Shown here: positions 1 through 11,200 of the stretch, piece by piece | Layout: every line of letters begins with the position of its first letter | Position numbering within the stretch: position 1 is the stretch's first letter | DNA from: Trichoplax adhaerens | Taxonomy: Eukaryota; Animalia; Placozoa | Direction: 5' to 3' | Length of the DNA stretch: 12,748 bases | Assembly: GCF_000150275.1 (NCBI RefSeq) | Contig: NW_002061051.1 | Coordinates: 1-12,748, forward strand | Program-made: the position numbers and the translations under genes | Notes under the pieces: model-generated | The model's input: only the letters and a program-made list of their open reading frames with translations | Told to the model about the DNA's origin: nothing | Database searches by the model: none

Positions 1-383
1 ATAATCTGGCTGAGATGCAATAAAGATTATTATATAACGTATCTTTTATTACTATACTGATGAAATAATATTTGCTAGATGTCTATGAGCGTTAAAAGTG
101 CTACTCTATGGATGATAATGTCGTTCCTTTACTCAAAGTTGCTGGATCAATAATTTATTATTCCTTTAACGTGTCTAAAGATGCTAGTGTTTTAATGATA
201 CCTTCAAATATTATTCCATCGCTGCTTGCAAAATTGTTGTAATAAACGAACTTGTTGCTTGATTTTAACTGTAGTATTTATTCGCTTCTATTTCTGCGCA
301 GTAACATCTACTTGATCTATCACAGTACAACAAATAAAATTCTAGCTTATTATGATAACATCAAGCTTGGGCAATAGATTAAC

Positions 384-900
384 TTATTGTAATTTCATTT
401 GTATATTATACCATGGCAATTTACCAAAGTTTACTGAAGATGAGCCGACGCATTGAAACCCTACTTTCTCATAAAAATGATATTAGATAGTCATGAGCAA
501 CTAAATTAATAAGCACAATATCTGGAAAATTCTGCTTAATATAAGCTGTATAGTGATTGACCATGACAGACGCGATACCCTTGCGTTGAAATTTTTCGTG
601 GATGCATACAGAATGAATGCAGAGATATTTTCCACCAGGTATATGTTCATACATAGATTGAAAAGTTAATAAGTCATCATTACTCCGTGTACCACAGATA
701 TGACCAATTACTTCGCCATCTATTACGAATACAAGGAATAATTCCTTAGCTGCATTAAATCGGTCTCTAAGTTGCTTGGCAGAAGCTGGTTCGCCTTCTG
801 GAAATGATTTTTGTTCTGTTTGACATACAATATCAAAGTCTTCCTCGATAATCTGGCGTATATTAGCCTTATAAAGACCTTGTACGTGTATAGGTTCCAT
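384..900 (-). pseudogene. GNAT N-acetyltransferase, AANAT / polyamine acetyltransferase (yeast Paa1)-like, with a 1-nt frameshift (pseudogene, null allele or sequencing error)
   Basis: The ORF 900->469 has GNAT features of this subfamily: EQKSFPEGEPAS near the N-terminus and the acetyl-CoA motif A CIHSVCIHEKFQRKGIA. It stops at LVAHDYLISFL*. Removing one T from the T5 run (A473-477 on +) gives ...DYLISFYEKVGFQCVGSSSVNFGKLPWYNIQMKLQ* (stop 386-384). This restores GNAT motif B (FYExxGF) and a 171-aa protein. Confidence 0.85.
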
Positions 901-1204
901 GTTTCTTATCTAAAGTTGAGCAATGATAGGTTTAACGTTAAATTTTTAAAAATTGCTAGGATAACATTTACTACCGATATATACAGTATTACATTAGAAC
1001 TCTTATTTGACAGGTATGGTATACTTTCTTTCGGATTAAATTACGCTCTAAAATGTGTCTTGCATAGCGGTTTAATTAAATTTGGAAATTTTTTGAAGGC
1101 TCTCTATATATCGGCTACCGTTGCTGTGATTTGGGATAGTACCATTTTGCTAACTTTAGCAAATAGAACAAATTTAAACGAATTGAAGTAAGCGAGATCT
1201 TAAA

Positions 1205-1735
1205 AGGAGAATGAAAGATACGATTAAAATTTCACTACACTGCTATTGCTGGGGAGGTCATTAACGTAAATGATTAAATGGTGTTGAATTTTGATAGGAA
1301 CATCATCGCTGTATAGAAATTACAGTAAATGGTGTTCAGTAGGGGAGAATGCAATAGTTAAATGTTCAGTCTACTACTATAACCGTGGACGTTCACCGAT
1401 GCAAAAGATCCAATAGTGTTCAGAAGGAGGGAACGAATACTAAGGTAAAAAGTTCACTACACTACTATTAATAGGGATATCGTCAATGTAAAAGATTCAA
1501 ATGGTGTTCAGTATGAGAGAATGAATGCTATGGTTAAAAGTTTACTGCACTAGTGTTACAGAGGACATCATCAATTAAATGATTCAATAAAGCTCAATAG
1601 GAGAGAATGAATGCCATGATCAAAATTTCATTACATCATTATTAATAGGGACATCGTCAATGCAAAAGATTAAATGATGTTGAGCAGGAGAGAACGAATG
1701 CTACGAATAAAAGTTTACTACCTTACTATTATTCA
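1205..1735. repeat. Degenerate tandem repeat, ~84-88 bp unit, about 6 copies
   Basis: The anchor GGAGAGAATGAATGC-like motif recurs at ~1206, 1342, 1426, 1514, 1600 and 1687. Approximate consensus: GGAGAGAATGAATGCTATGGTTAAAAGTTCACTACACTACTATTAATAGGGACATCGTCAATGCAAAAGATTAAATGGTGTTCAGTA. Confidence 0.85.
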
Positions 1736-1803
1736 TTAGTTGATAGCATAGCTTGCAAATTCCAAAAAGTGCTTGAGATGAAATTTGTCCGGCAATCGTG
1801 ATA

Positions 1804-1861
1804 TTAATTAGCTGATACTTTTGGCAACCATTTAGAAAAGATACAATTTAACTCAGCAGGG
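1804..1861 (-). CDS. Soluble epoxide hydrolase (EPHX2-like), last exon
   Basis: After the AG acceptor at 1863-1862 it reads (C)PAELNCIFSKWLPKVSAN*, comparable to the sEH C-terminal PxEVNxILxKWL. The phase matches the previous exon (TG+C = Cys). Confidence 0.8.
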
Positions 1862-1969
1862 CTATGGTATCGATTGAAAGAACGTTGCATAATTACTAAA
1901 TAATGCAATTACAAGTAGATATAAGCAACAATATTGTATGTCTAAATAAAATTGAATAATGTATCATAC

Positions 1970-2106
1970 CATTCTGACTGCGTCCAGTGGCCACACAGTA
2001 GATTGGCACGTGTTAAATTCGGTATATATTGCTCCATCCCTTTGGTCAACTCTGATAGCAAAATAGGATCGTATTCGGCAGTAATCATCGATGAAGGCTG
2101 ATAAAT
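1970..2106 (-). CDS. Soluble epoxide hydrolase (EPHX2-like), exon with the catalytic acid Asp and His
   Basis: tag|IYQPSSMITAEYDPILLSELTKGMEQYIPNLTRANLLCGHWTQSE|gtatga matches the sEH pattern PALMVTAEKD...MEDWIPHLKRGHIEDCGHWTQ. The exon is 137 nt, phase 0 to phase 2. Confidence 0.9.
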
Positions 2107-2262
2107 CTAAAGATATACAGAAAATTTCAAAAATAGAATCAGTTATGCTATTGGTATGAAATGTTATAACCTCTTACGGCCCCAAAAAAGTCATGATGTG
2201 CTAAATAGAGCGAGAAAAATGATCTTACTTTACCGCAAAGTTTTTGATAAGCTATTTAACAG

Positions 2263-2808
2263 TGTTACGGTGTTGCCTTGTCATTAGGATAGTTTAACAA
2301 GTACAGTAGTAGCTAGTATGGAGAATATCTGTATTTGTAGTGCTACGTAAGATAAGTGATGCCTTAACGTGGATGTTGTTTGTAATAGTTCATTACATAT
2401 TTGATATTGATCGTTATTGTATGATAGATAGCAGTAAGATGATTCAAGTTTTAGTTGATGATAGTTGAATTAGACAACCTACGTGCTTAGATTGAGATTA
2501 AGTATGAGTAAGACATTTAAAATATTTACCGATAGAAAAGCTGCGTAAGGAACATCTCAGTTCGAGATGTTTCTCCTAGTAAGGTATAATAATAATACTG
2601 TTGTTGTTTACAAATTAGAGGGTTCCTATATAAACAGGAACATTTGAGTGGTGTGGTAAAAAGTTGTAGATGTATCTTTGCTAATAAAAGTTTATCTTTA
2701 TAGTATTTTGCTGTGAGTGTTTAACGTTAAGTAAAAGGGCGTTTAAGTATGTAGCTACTTATAAACTTTTACTGTGCGTTACCTTGTCGCATAAGCGAAA
2801 TTGTGACA
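2263..2808 (+). mobile_element. Solo-LTR-like element (546 bp) inside an EPHX2-like intron
   Basis: Termini are TGTTACGG...TTGTGACA. Flanks are AACAG (2258-2262) and AAGAG (2809-2813), a 5-bp TSD with one mismatch. TATATAAA at 2627-2634 is followed by AATAAA at 2683-2688. The ends resemble those of the 5629-6216 element. Confidence 0.65.
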
Positions 2809-3305
2809 AAGAGTAATAAACTATTGCATCTCTACGATTTAAAATAAAATAGACTCTAAATTATACAGTATTTCACTAATAGAATTATCTTTGACTCCAT
2901 TTGAGGCGCTTCAAAGGAGTGCTTACTACTGTTATAATTATGAAATTTATGTATATCGTCTGGGAAGGTCAATTAAACAAAGTATATTCTGTAACTCCCT
3001 AACAAGATGTCGATAGCCAATATTTAAATGGTAAATCTGTTAAAATATTTAAAGACTGATTTCCTATATGTTATAAAACTTCAGTTTATGGAACCAATAT
3101 AACAGTTAGAATATCATGGGCATCTGTATCAGTCCTAGACAAATTGATTACGACGATAAATGTACGCTATGAAAATCGGCATAAAAACGTACTCCATATT
3201 ATAATGATATAAACTGAATCTATAAATCATGTTCTAGTAAAATAGACTAAATGGTTTCATTAGCATAGACGCTATTAGTAATAAAAAGAGAAAATATAAT
3301 ATTAC

Positions 3306-3375
3306 CATATATCGCTCGAAACTGCGTAAACACTTCCAATTTCTTGGTTCATTCCGATACCAATTTAGCGAGTAA
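3306..3375 (-). CDS. Soluble epoxide hydrolase (EPHX2-like), LNWYRN exon
   Basis: tttag|T-YSLNWYRNEPRNWKCLRSFERYM|gtaat contains LNWYRN, which carries one of the epoxide-polarising tyrosines of sEH. Phases are compatible with both neighbouring exons. Confidence 0.9.
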
Positions 3376-3477
3376 CTAAAGATAGAAATGACTAATTAAA
3401 TCACATCGTTATATGATTATGCTAGAATAGTGAAAAAGCTGTAGCTCTTTGCTGTAATTTCAGTATTATTTATTTAC

Positions 3478-3580
3478 TGGAAACCATGCTTTTTGAATTT
3501 CTCCACACAGTAATTAAATTCTTTATCACTCATGAAAAAACAATTGTGTAATTTCTCCGGCAAGCCAGCCAGTAATCCAC
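3478..3580 (-). CDS. Soluble epoxide hydrolase (EPHX2-like), most 5' identifiable exon
   Basis: atag|GT-GLLAGLPEKLHNCFFMSDKEFNYCVEKFKKHGF-CA|gtaaat is comparable to sEH GGLFV...EEEIQFYVQQFKKSGF. It joins the next exon in frame (CA+T = His). Confidence 0.85.
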
Positions 3581-5628
3581 CTATCAATAAAAAAAGTAAG
3601 ATTAGCTAAACAAAGGTGATCTTTTGCATTTAAATAAATGTAACCTAAATTGAATAAAAGATGAAAATGATCATTTAAAATATTAAATGTTGTGATTTCG
3701 CAGAATTTTTATTCATTCTTTTTTGGATTATAACGCTAAACTGTTATAATTTATTACTAACGAAGTAACGATGGCAAGGTTTATCGTAAAGCTTTCATGG
3801 CAAAATATACAGTATTAACGTTTATTTACGATATTTATAGTAATATATTGATACATTGTAAGTGATGATCTATCTATATCTCTATACTTACCAACTGAAA
3901 TGATTTGCAAAGATTGACCACAAGTATATTGATTAAACTTGCATTATTTTCTGGTTTGCAACGCATTTGCAAACATTTTTAAATTATAATTATTTGAGAT
4001 TTAGTTGAGTAATGTAGTTTAACATCGCAAACAATTCCTCAACCTAGACCTCCTTTTCCTTAATATAGCATAAGTACTACCATTTACAAAAGAATTTATC
4101 CTTAATTGTGATTCAGTACTATACTATTTTATTGTGATCAAGTTGCTGTAGGTTAATAAAATATACAGGTTATTAGAATCATTTTCCTAAATTGCTATTT
4201 TACCACTATTATGGCCATAAATTAAAACATGATTGAATAATAGAACTTTAGAATAATGTAGCAAGTAATTTTATAAATCAAAAGATATTGGTTACTTAAT
4301 GACATTAATGTGATGGAATATTGTTGGCAGCGAGAATAATGCCATGAATGATATAATCAGTTACTTTATTTTAAAGAGAAAGAAATGAAATTGAAATTTT
4401 GTAGAAATACTTAAAACAGTTTTATATAATTGAAACTGCATAGATCAAATGGATATCAACGTTTCTACATGATAGCCCTCCACGATGAAAGACACATCCT
4501 TATTGTTTCAAAAATATATCATAAAGAGATTTTATTTAATGGCGTTTGACTTAATTTTATTACTCGTAGTAATATTAAAAATTTAAATATTTATATTTCC
4601 TGGTTTGGTAACAAATTGTTCTGATTTAAATAGGCCAAATAAGAAATACTATAATAACAAAATTAAATAGATTTCTACATTGGTACTATCATTAGATGAT
4701 AGTTTAATCGTTGTCATGATACTTATCTGAAATTTGGATATTTTAAGTTTCTAAGTTAACAATGTCTCTTGGGTTAGGCCAAAACACAGCCAGATGTTGC
4801 CATCATCAAATGCTGAAGTAGATAAAACACTTGGCAAGACTGTTTATGAGGTAGAACATGGGCAAGTAGCAAAATTTACTCCAAGGAAACTAGAACATTT
4901 GAAAACAAGTGTGATATATACCAATCACGAGATTCCAAATTTTAGAAAAATAAGGGCTTTATTAAATCTTATACAAAGATTAACTACACACAGCTCTACT
5001 CTAGCCGCATACTACTACTAAAGACTTCTACAACGAACTAACAGAATAATCTAAAGTTGCATGCTTTTATACTTTTCGTAGCATTCGCAGCTACAATCCG
5101 CATAGCAACCTTTTACCTTATATTACACATAGTTAAATTATTCTTAGTAAGACTATTCTACTGCGGACCATCATTAATCCAATATGGATACGACTACAGT
5201 ACTTACGTAGACATTATTCACTCCAGCCAAAGTACAATGAATTAACCACATCCTAATATATGATTTACAGTTCTATTTTTACGTATAGCCTTATTAGTAA
5301 CTCAACAGCTTACTGTATATAGTCATCTGTACTCTAGCATAGAATCTATACCACTACAGTCTATAGTTATGACTACCAAATATCTCTTAAGATAAATATC
5401 TACCGTACGTTATACTAAACATGGCTAACAGTCTACAATCACAATACTAGTTCCATTACACCTACATAGTATCGACTTCGTCGATATTGATCATCTTGTA
5501 AATTTGGCATTCTAATATCAGCTAATAAAGGGTAAATCGATCGTTTTCGGTACTAATCTGCTGATAACTTGTGTATATGAAAATTGAAATTGATCTGTAA
5601 TACTTACATGCAATCAGTAGTAATATAT

Positions 5629-6216
5629 TGTCACAACCCTCACTTGTGGCAAAGGAAAGTAAAGAACTCTAGTGTAGTTACTTAAAACTTGGGCTATTTC
5701 TCCCAGTACTTTCAGTTTCTATGAGAGAAGTATTTGAGAACTCGATTTCTCGGCTGATCTCCACAGACAACTGACTAATTATTACACTATTCTTCACGAT
5801 ATGAGTCTTGCCGTTTCTTGAGCAATTATTTTTTTTATTCTACAAACACACGCGCTTAAATAGGTTTCTACAGTGAATTCCAATATTAATGAGTGAGAAT
5901 TCATGCTTTACAAGTTACATTAATTAGTATAATACCATTACTAAATATACATGTCGATATCCTCAGACTTAGATAGCTACAAGCTATCAGGTGTTAAGAC
6001 GCTTAACCTTCGTCCATATACAGCTCAATTTTTAGAGATTAACACAACTTATAAACCTACAGTAAATTAACTGCTAACAACTTCTATTTTTATCTCATTT
6101 CTACCATCCTATTATCAGCTACAAGCGCATTAAAACATAGCACATAACCTTATCTTATCTATTCATAAGCATTCATTAATTTACAGTTACTTAATTAGTA
6201 ACGGCGTACCGTGACA
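5629..6216 (-). mobile_element. Solo-LTR-like element (588 bp)
   Basis: It has a perfect 6-bp terminal inverted repeat TGTCAC...GTGACA and an identical 5-bp flank TATAT on both sides (5624-5628, 6217-6221). On the minus strand a TATA-like CCTATTTAAG (~5864-5855) is followed by AATAAA (5839-5834). Confidence 0.7.
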
Positions 6217-8282
6217 TATATATGCTAAGATTATCCTGCGTTTTGTGTTGATTGATTATATTATTAATTGGATCCGTTCAAAATTCTTAACTAATGGTCT
6301 TTGAAACTCATATTAATGTTATTGACTACAGGCAATCATGCTAGGATCTATCTTGCTGTTGTAGCATTATACCGTTGTAGCTATTGTTTTTATTTTAACG
6401 GGGATAAATTTTAGAAGTCAGTGTATGAACAGCAAAGTATGAAGGTAATAATTCGGAGTAGCATAGTTACAAATCTGTAGTAAAGGACTAAAAGCGCAGT
6501 CCTTTACAGCTTTTAGTATGAAACTATTATTATTTTACTATAGAAAATACCTAGAAAATGATAGTATCTTTAAGGTTTACCCTGCCAAATCATGATGTCG
6601 CTATCTTTTCTTCTTCGCTATTTTACAAGGTTTTGTATAGATTACTATAGGAATGACTTAAGAGCAATTGCCTAATCTAAAGAAAGGGCGTTTGATAGTC
6701 TATTGAGAATTTAAATGAGTTGACTACATCAACTGCCAATACTAACGTCAGAGAAGCAGTCATAGTTGTCGTATAAAATTTTTTGATAAGCAAATATGTG
6801 ATTTTATTAAAATTCGGAATTTTTGGATTCAGTTTCCGTCGACCGTGAGGGCTCTGCAAACCGTGACTATAAATGATAGTGCAATCAGAAAATTTAGAGT
6901 AGAGAGTAACAGAAGATGGTTTTGAAGAATTTGTTGAATTTTAAAGACCTTCGGGGTCGAACTTTGTAAGTGAAAACGTTCTTCTTTTGTTAGGTTGTTC
7001 AGTTATTGACAGCTTTAGTTCTGTCGTTTTTTCATTATTTCTTCACTTACAATACTAAGGATTAAGTATCTGAAAGGTTGTTTGATCTATCTCACTCACA
7101 TTTATTAATAAATTGTTGTTCGGTTGTTTCTGCAATTTTTATTTGGTATCATAGTTTCGTTAAGTCGACCAGGGGCCACGAAAGTAGAATCAAAGTTTGT
7201 TCAAAGTTTTTTAGCTTGATCTCTACATTTTACATTTCATAACAGATCCATTTGTACGTAATATTCCTATCTTATCTCTATAATATCGCAATATTAGTCT
7301 TTCCATATTATTGTGATACAGACCAGATCTATAACAAAATAACGAGAAGGCTGAATGTACAAATCTTATCCCTGAGCCACGTATCAGGGCACTAAATCTC
7401 TTTAAGTAGCACTTAAGAACACTTATCCCTAATTTTACGGATAGATAATAATTCGTCCCTCTCCTTCATCCTCGATTTCGCGTTATATAAAAGACAGCTA
7501 TCTCGGATGGTAAAACAGAAAAACTTCATTAATATATAATGATGAATGATTATATTGTAGTTATAGCATGTATTATGCTCAAAACTGAAAATATGAACAA
7601 TATGCCGCCAAATCGACTGTCGACGCAAAAATAAATTAACATTTGCAGGATTATAATAAAATAATGTTGATTATACTTAGTAGAATTATAAGGCAATGAT
7701 CGTAAATAATTGAAGTTACCCAATATTCTTTGAGTAGAATTTCTCTAATTGATGAACTGTATAACAAAAATGTTTAACATTAATTTATCAAGCCATTAAG
7801 CCAATTTACGAAGTAATTAATATGATAGCAAATTTATGCTTAACACTACATTTTAATTATTCAATACTATTGTTATGCTAATGAGTAAGCTTCTATTTAT
7901 ATTAATAGCGATGACGCAGGTTATTGATATTGAAAAATAAATAAATAAAGAGAAGTAAGTTATGGAAAGAATGTCTTCGCGCTTTCAATCTATTACGGCT
8001 TCGTTAATATCAAAAAATAATTTACCAATAATTAGAATTGATGACCGTTGACTTCTTAGGGCGTATCCAATTTGGCCGATTTGAGCACACTGTGAACTAG
8101 CATAGATTTTGAAATCTTGACATTAAATAGAAGGCATCAGTTTGGCCCAATCATATACTGTAAAGACGATTGCGATAATCAATCGCATCTCTATTAAAGT
8201 TGCAACCTCTACCGATTAAAGTACTGGTGTTTATTTCCCCCAAATTACTGTGTATGCTTTCAGTCTTGTTATAAACTGAAAC

Positions 8283-11200
8283 ATGGCGGCATATGAGTCC
8301 ACAAAATTGACTATCATCGATGAAACTGAATCTATCCACAAAAAAGGTGCGAAATGCTTTGAAGAAGGCAATTATGAACAAGCCCTATTACATTACAAAG
8401 AAGCTGCTACTCAAATCCAATCTATGTCCAAGAATAGTAATAATAATTATGACCATCAACTTGAATGCGATATTTATCTCGACATAGCCGATTGTTATTT
8501 AAGCCAATATAAACTGATAGAAGCCGATAAATGGAGAAGAAATGCGAAGAAATTAGCCGAGCAACCACAAGATAGAGTGAGAATTGCAAAGTGCTTTGAT
8601 AGGCAAGGGTGTATTAAACAATTGCAAGGTGATTTGAATGGAGCTTTAGAAGATTTTAACAAATCACTTAGAATAAAATCAGAATGGTCAGAAAGTGAAG
8701 ATATCAATATTAGTGAGTCTTATCGTAACATTGCAAGTATTTATGGCAATCAAGGCAAGTATAATGACGCTCTATCGATGTATAACAAATCACTGAAGAT
8801 TAAACTAACACAACTTGGTGACAATCATCCAAGTATTGCTGTAACTTATACAAATATTGGGCAAGTCTATAAAGATCAAGGCAAGTATGACGACGCTCTA
8901 TCGATGTGTAACAAATCACTGAAGATTCAACTAACACAACTTGGTGACAATCATCCAAGTATTGCTACGACATATCACAGCATTGGTGGTGTTTATTATC
9001 ATCAAGGCAAGTATGACGACGCTCTATCGATGTATAACAAATCACTCAAGATTGACCTAACACAACTTGGTGACAATCATCCAAGTGTTGCTGTAACTTA
9101 TACAAACATTGGGCAAGTCTATAATGATCAAGGCAAGTATGACGACGCTCTATCGATGTATAACAAATCGCTGAAGATTAAACTAACACAACTTGGTGAT
9201 AATCATCCAAGTATCGCTACGACATATCACAACATTGGTGGTGTGTATAAAGTTCAAGGCAAGTATGACGACGCTGTATCGATTTATAACAAATCACTGA
9301 AAATTGACCTAACACAACTTGGTGACAATCATCCAAGTATTGCTACGACATATCACAGCATAGGTGGTGTCTATTATCATCAAGGCAAGTATGGCGACGC
9401 TCTATCAATGTATAACAAATCACTGAAGATTAAACTAACACAACTTGGTGACAATCATCCAAGTATTGCTGTAACTTATACAAATATCGGGCTAGCCTAT
9501 AAAGATCAAGGCAAGTATGACGACGCTCTATCGATGTATAACAAATCACTGAAGATTCACCTAACACAACTTGGTGACAATCATCCAAGTATTGCTGTAA
9601 CTTATACAAATATTGGGCAAGTCTATAATGATCAAGGCAAGTACGACGACGCTCTATCGATGTATAACAAATCACTCAAGATTAAACTAACACAACTTGG
9701 TGACAATCATCCAAGTATTGCTACGACATATCACAGCATAGGTGGTGTCTATTATCATCAAGGCAAGTATGACGACGCTCTATCGATGTATAACAAATCA
9801 CTGAAGATTAAACTAACACAACTTGGTGACAATCATCCAAGTAATGCTACGACATATCACAGCATTGGTGATGTCTATTATCATCAAGGCAAGTATGACG
9901 ACGCTTTATCGATGTATAACAAATCACTCAAGATTAAACTAACACAACTTGGTGACAATCATCCAAGTAATGCTACGACATATCACAGCATTGGTGGTGT
10001 GTATGAAGATCAAGGCAAGTATGACGACGCTCTATCGATGTATAACAAATCACTGAAGATTAAACTAACACAACTTGGTGACAATCATCCAAGTATTGCT
10101 ATGACATATCACAACATTGGTAGTGTGTATAAAGATCAAGGCAAGTATGACGACGCTCTATCGATGTATAACAAATCACTGAAGATTAAACTAACACAAC
10201 TTGGTGACAATCATCCAAGTATTGCTACGACATATCACTACATTGGTAGTGTGTATGAAGATCAAGGCAAGTATGACGACGCTCTATCGATGTATAACAA
10301 ATCACTGAAGATTAAACTAACACAACTTGGTGACAATCATCCAAGTATTGCTACGACATATCACAACATTGGTAATGTGTATAATGATCAAGGCAAGTAT
10401 GACGACGCTCTATCAATGTATAACAAATCACTGAAGATTAAACTAACACAACTTGGTGACAATCATCCAAGTATTGCTATGACATATCACAACATTGGTA
10501 GTGTGTATGAAGATCAAGGCAAGTATGACGACGCTCTATCGATATATAACAAATCACTGAAGATTCACCTAACACAACTTGGTGACAATCATCCAAGTAT
10601 TGCTACGACATATCACAACATTGGCAGTGTGTATGAAGATCAAGGCAAGTATGACGACGCTCTATCGATGTATAACAAATCACTGAAGATTCAACTTACA
10701 CAACTTGGTGACAATCATCCAAGTATTGCTGCGACATATCACAACATTGGTGGTGTGTATAAAGATCAAGGCAAGTATGACGATGCTCTATCGATGTATA
10801 ATAAATCACTGAAGATTCAACTAACACAACTTGGTGACAATCATCCAAGTATTGCTACGACATATCACAACATTGGTGGTGTGTATTATTATCAAAGCAA
10901 GTTTGACGACGCTCTATCGATGTATAACAAATCACTGAAGATTCACCTAACACAACTTGGTGACAATCATCCAAGTATTGCTATGACATATCACAACATT
11001 GGTAGTGTGTATAAAGATCAAGGCAAGTATGACGACGCTCTATCGATGTATAACAAATCACTCAAGATTCAACTAACACAACTTGGTGACAATCATCCAA
11101 GTATTGCTACGACATATTGCAACATTGGTGGTGTCTATTATTATCAAAGCAAGTATGACGACGCTCTATCAATGTATAACAAATCACTCAAGATTAAACT

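Noticed and set aside
79-242. Possible terminal exon on + (…MDDNVVPLLKVAGSIIYYSFNVSKDASVL…)
   Set aside because: It is short, has an in-frame TAA just upstream, and shows no similarity I can support.
811-1191. 126-aa + strand ORF
   Set aside because: It has a non-ATG start, overlaps the GNAT gene in antisense and contains no family motif.
3892-3950. Candidate further EPHX2-like exon ending at a strong donor (TTG|GTAAGT, minus strand)
   Set aside because: The phase could fit, but the translation (FNQYTCGQSLQIISV) does not resemble sEH and the acceptor is weak.
4794-5245. Short + strand ORFs 4794-5021 and 5057-5245
   Set aside because: I recognise no domain, and they run into the compositionally skewed segment.
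7413-7628. 71-aa minus-strand ORF
   Set aside because: It has a non-ATG start, a low-complexity AT-driven composition and no motif.
8151-8707. Minus-strand ORFs 8151-8381 and 8495-8707
   Set aside because: They overlap the start of the TPR CDS in antisense and show no recognisable motifs.
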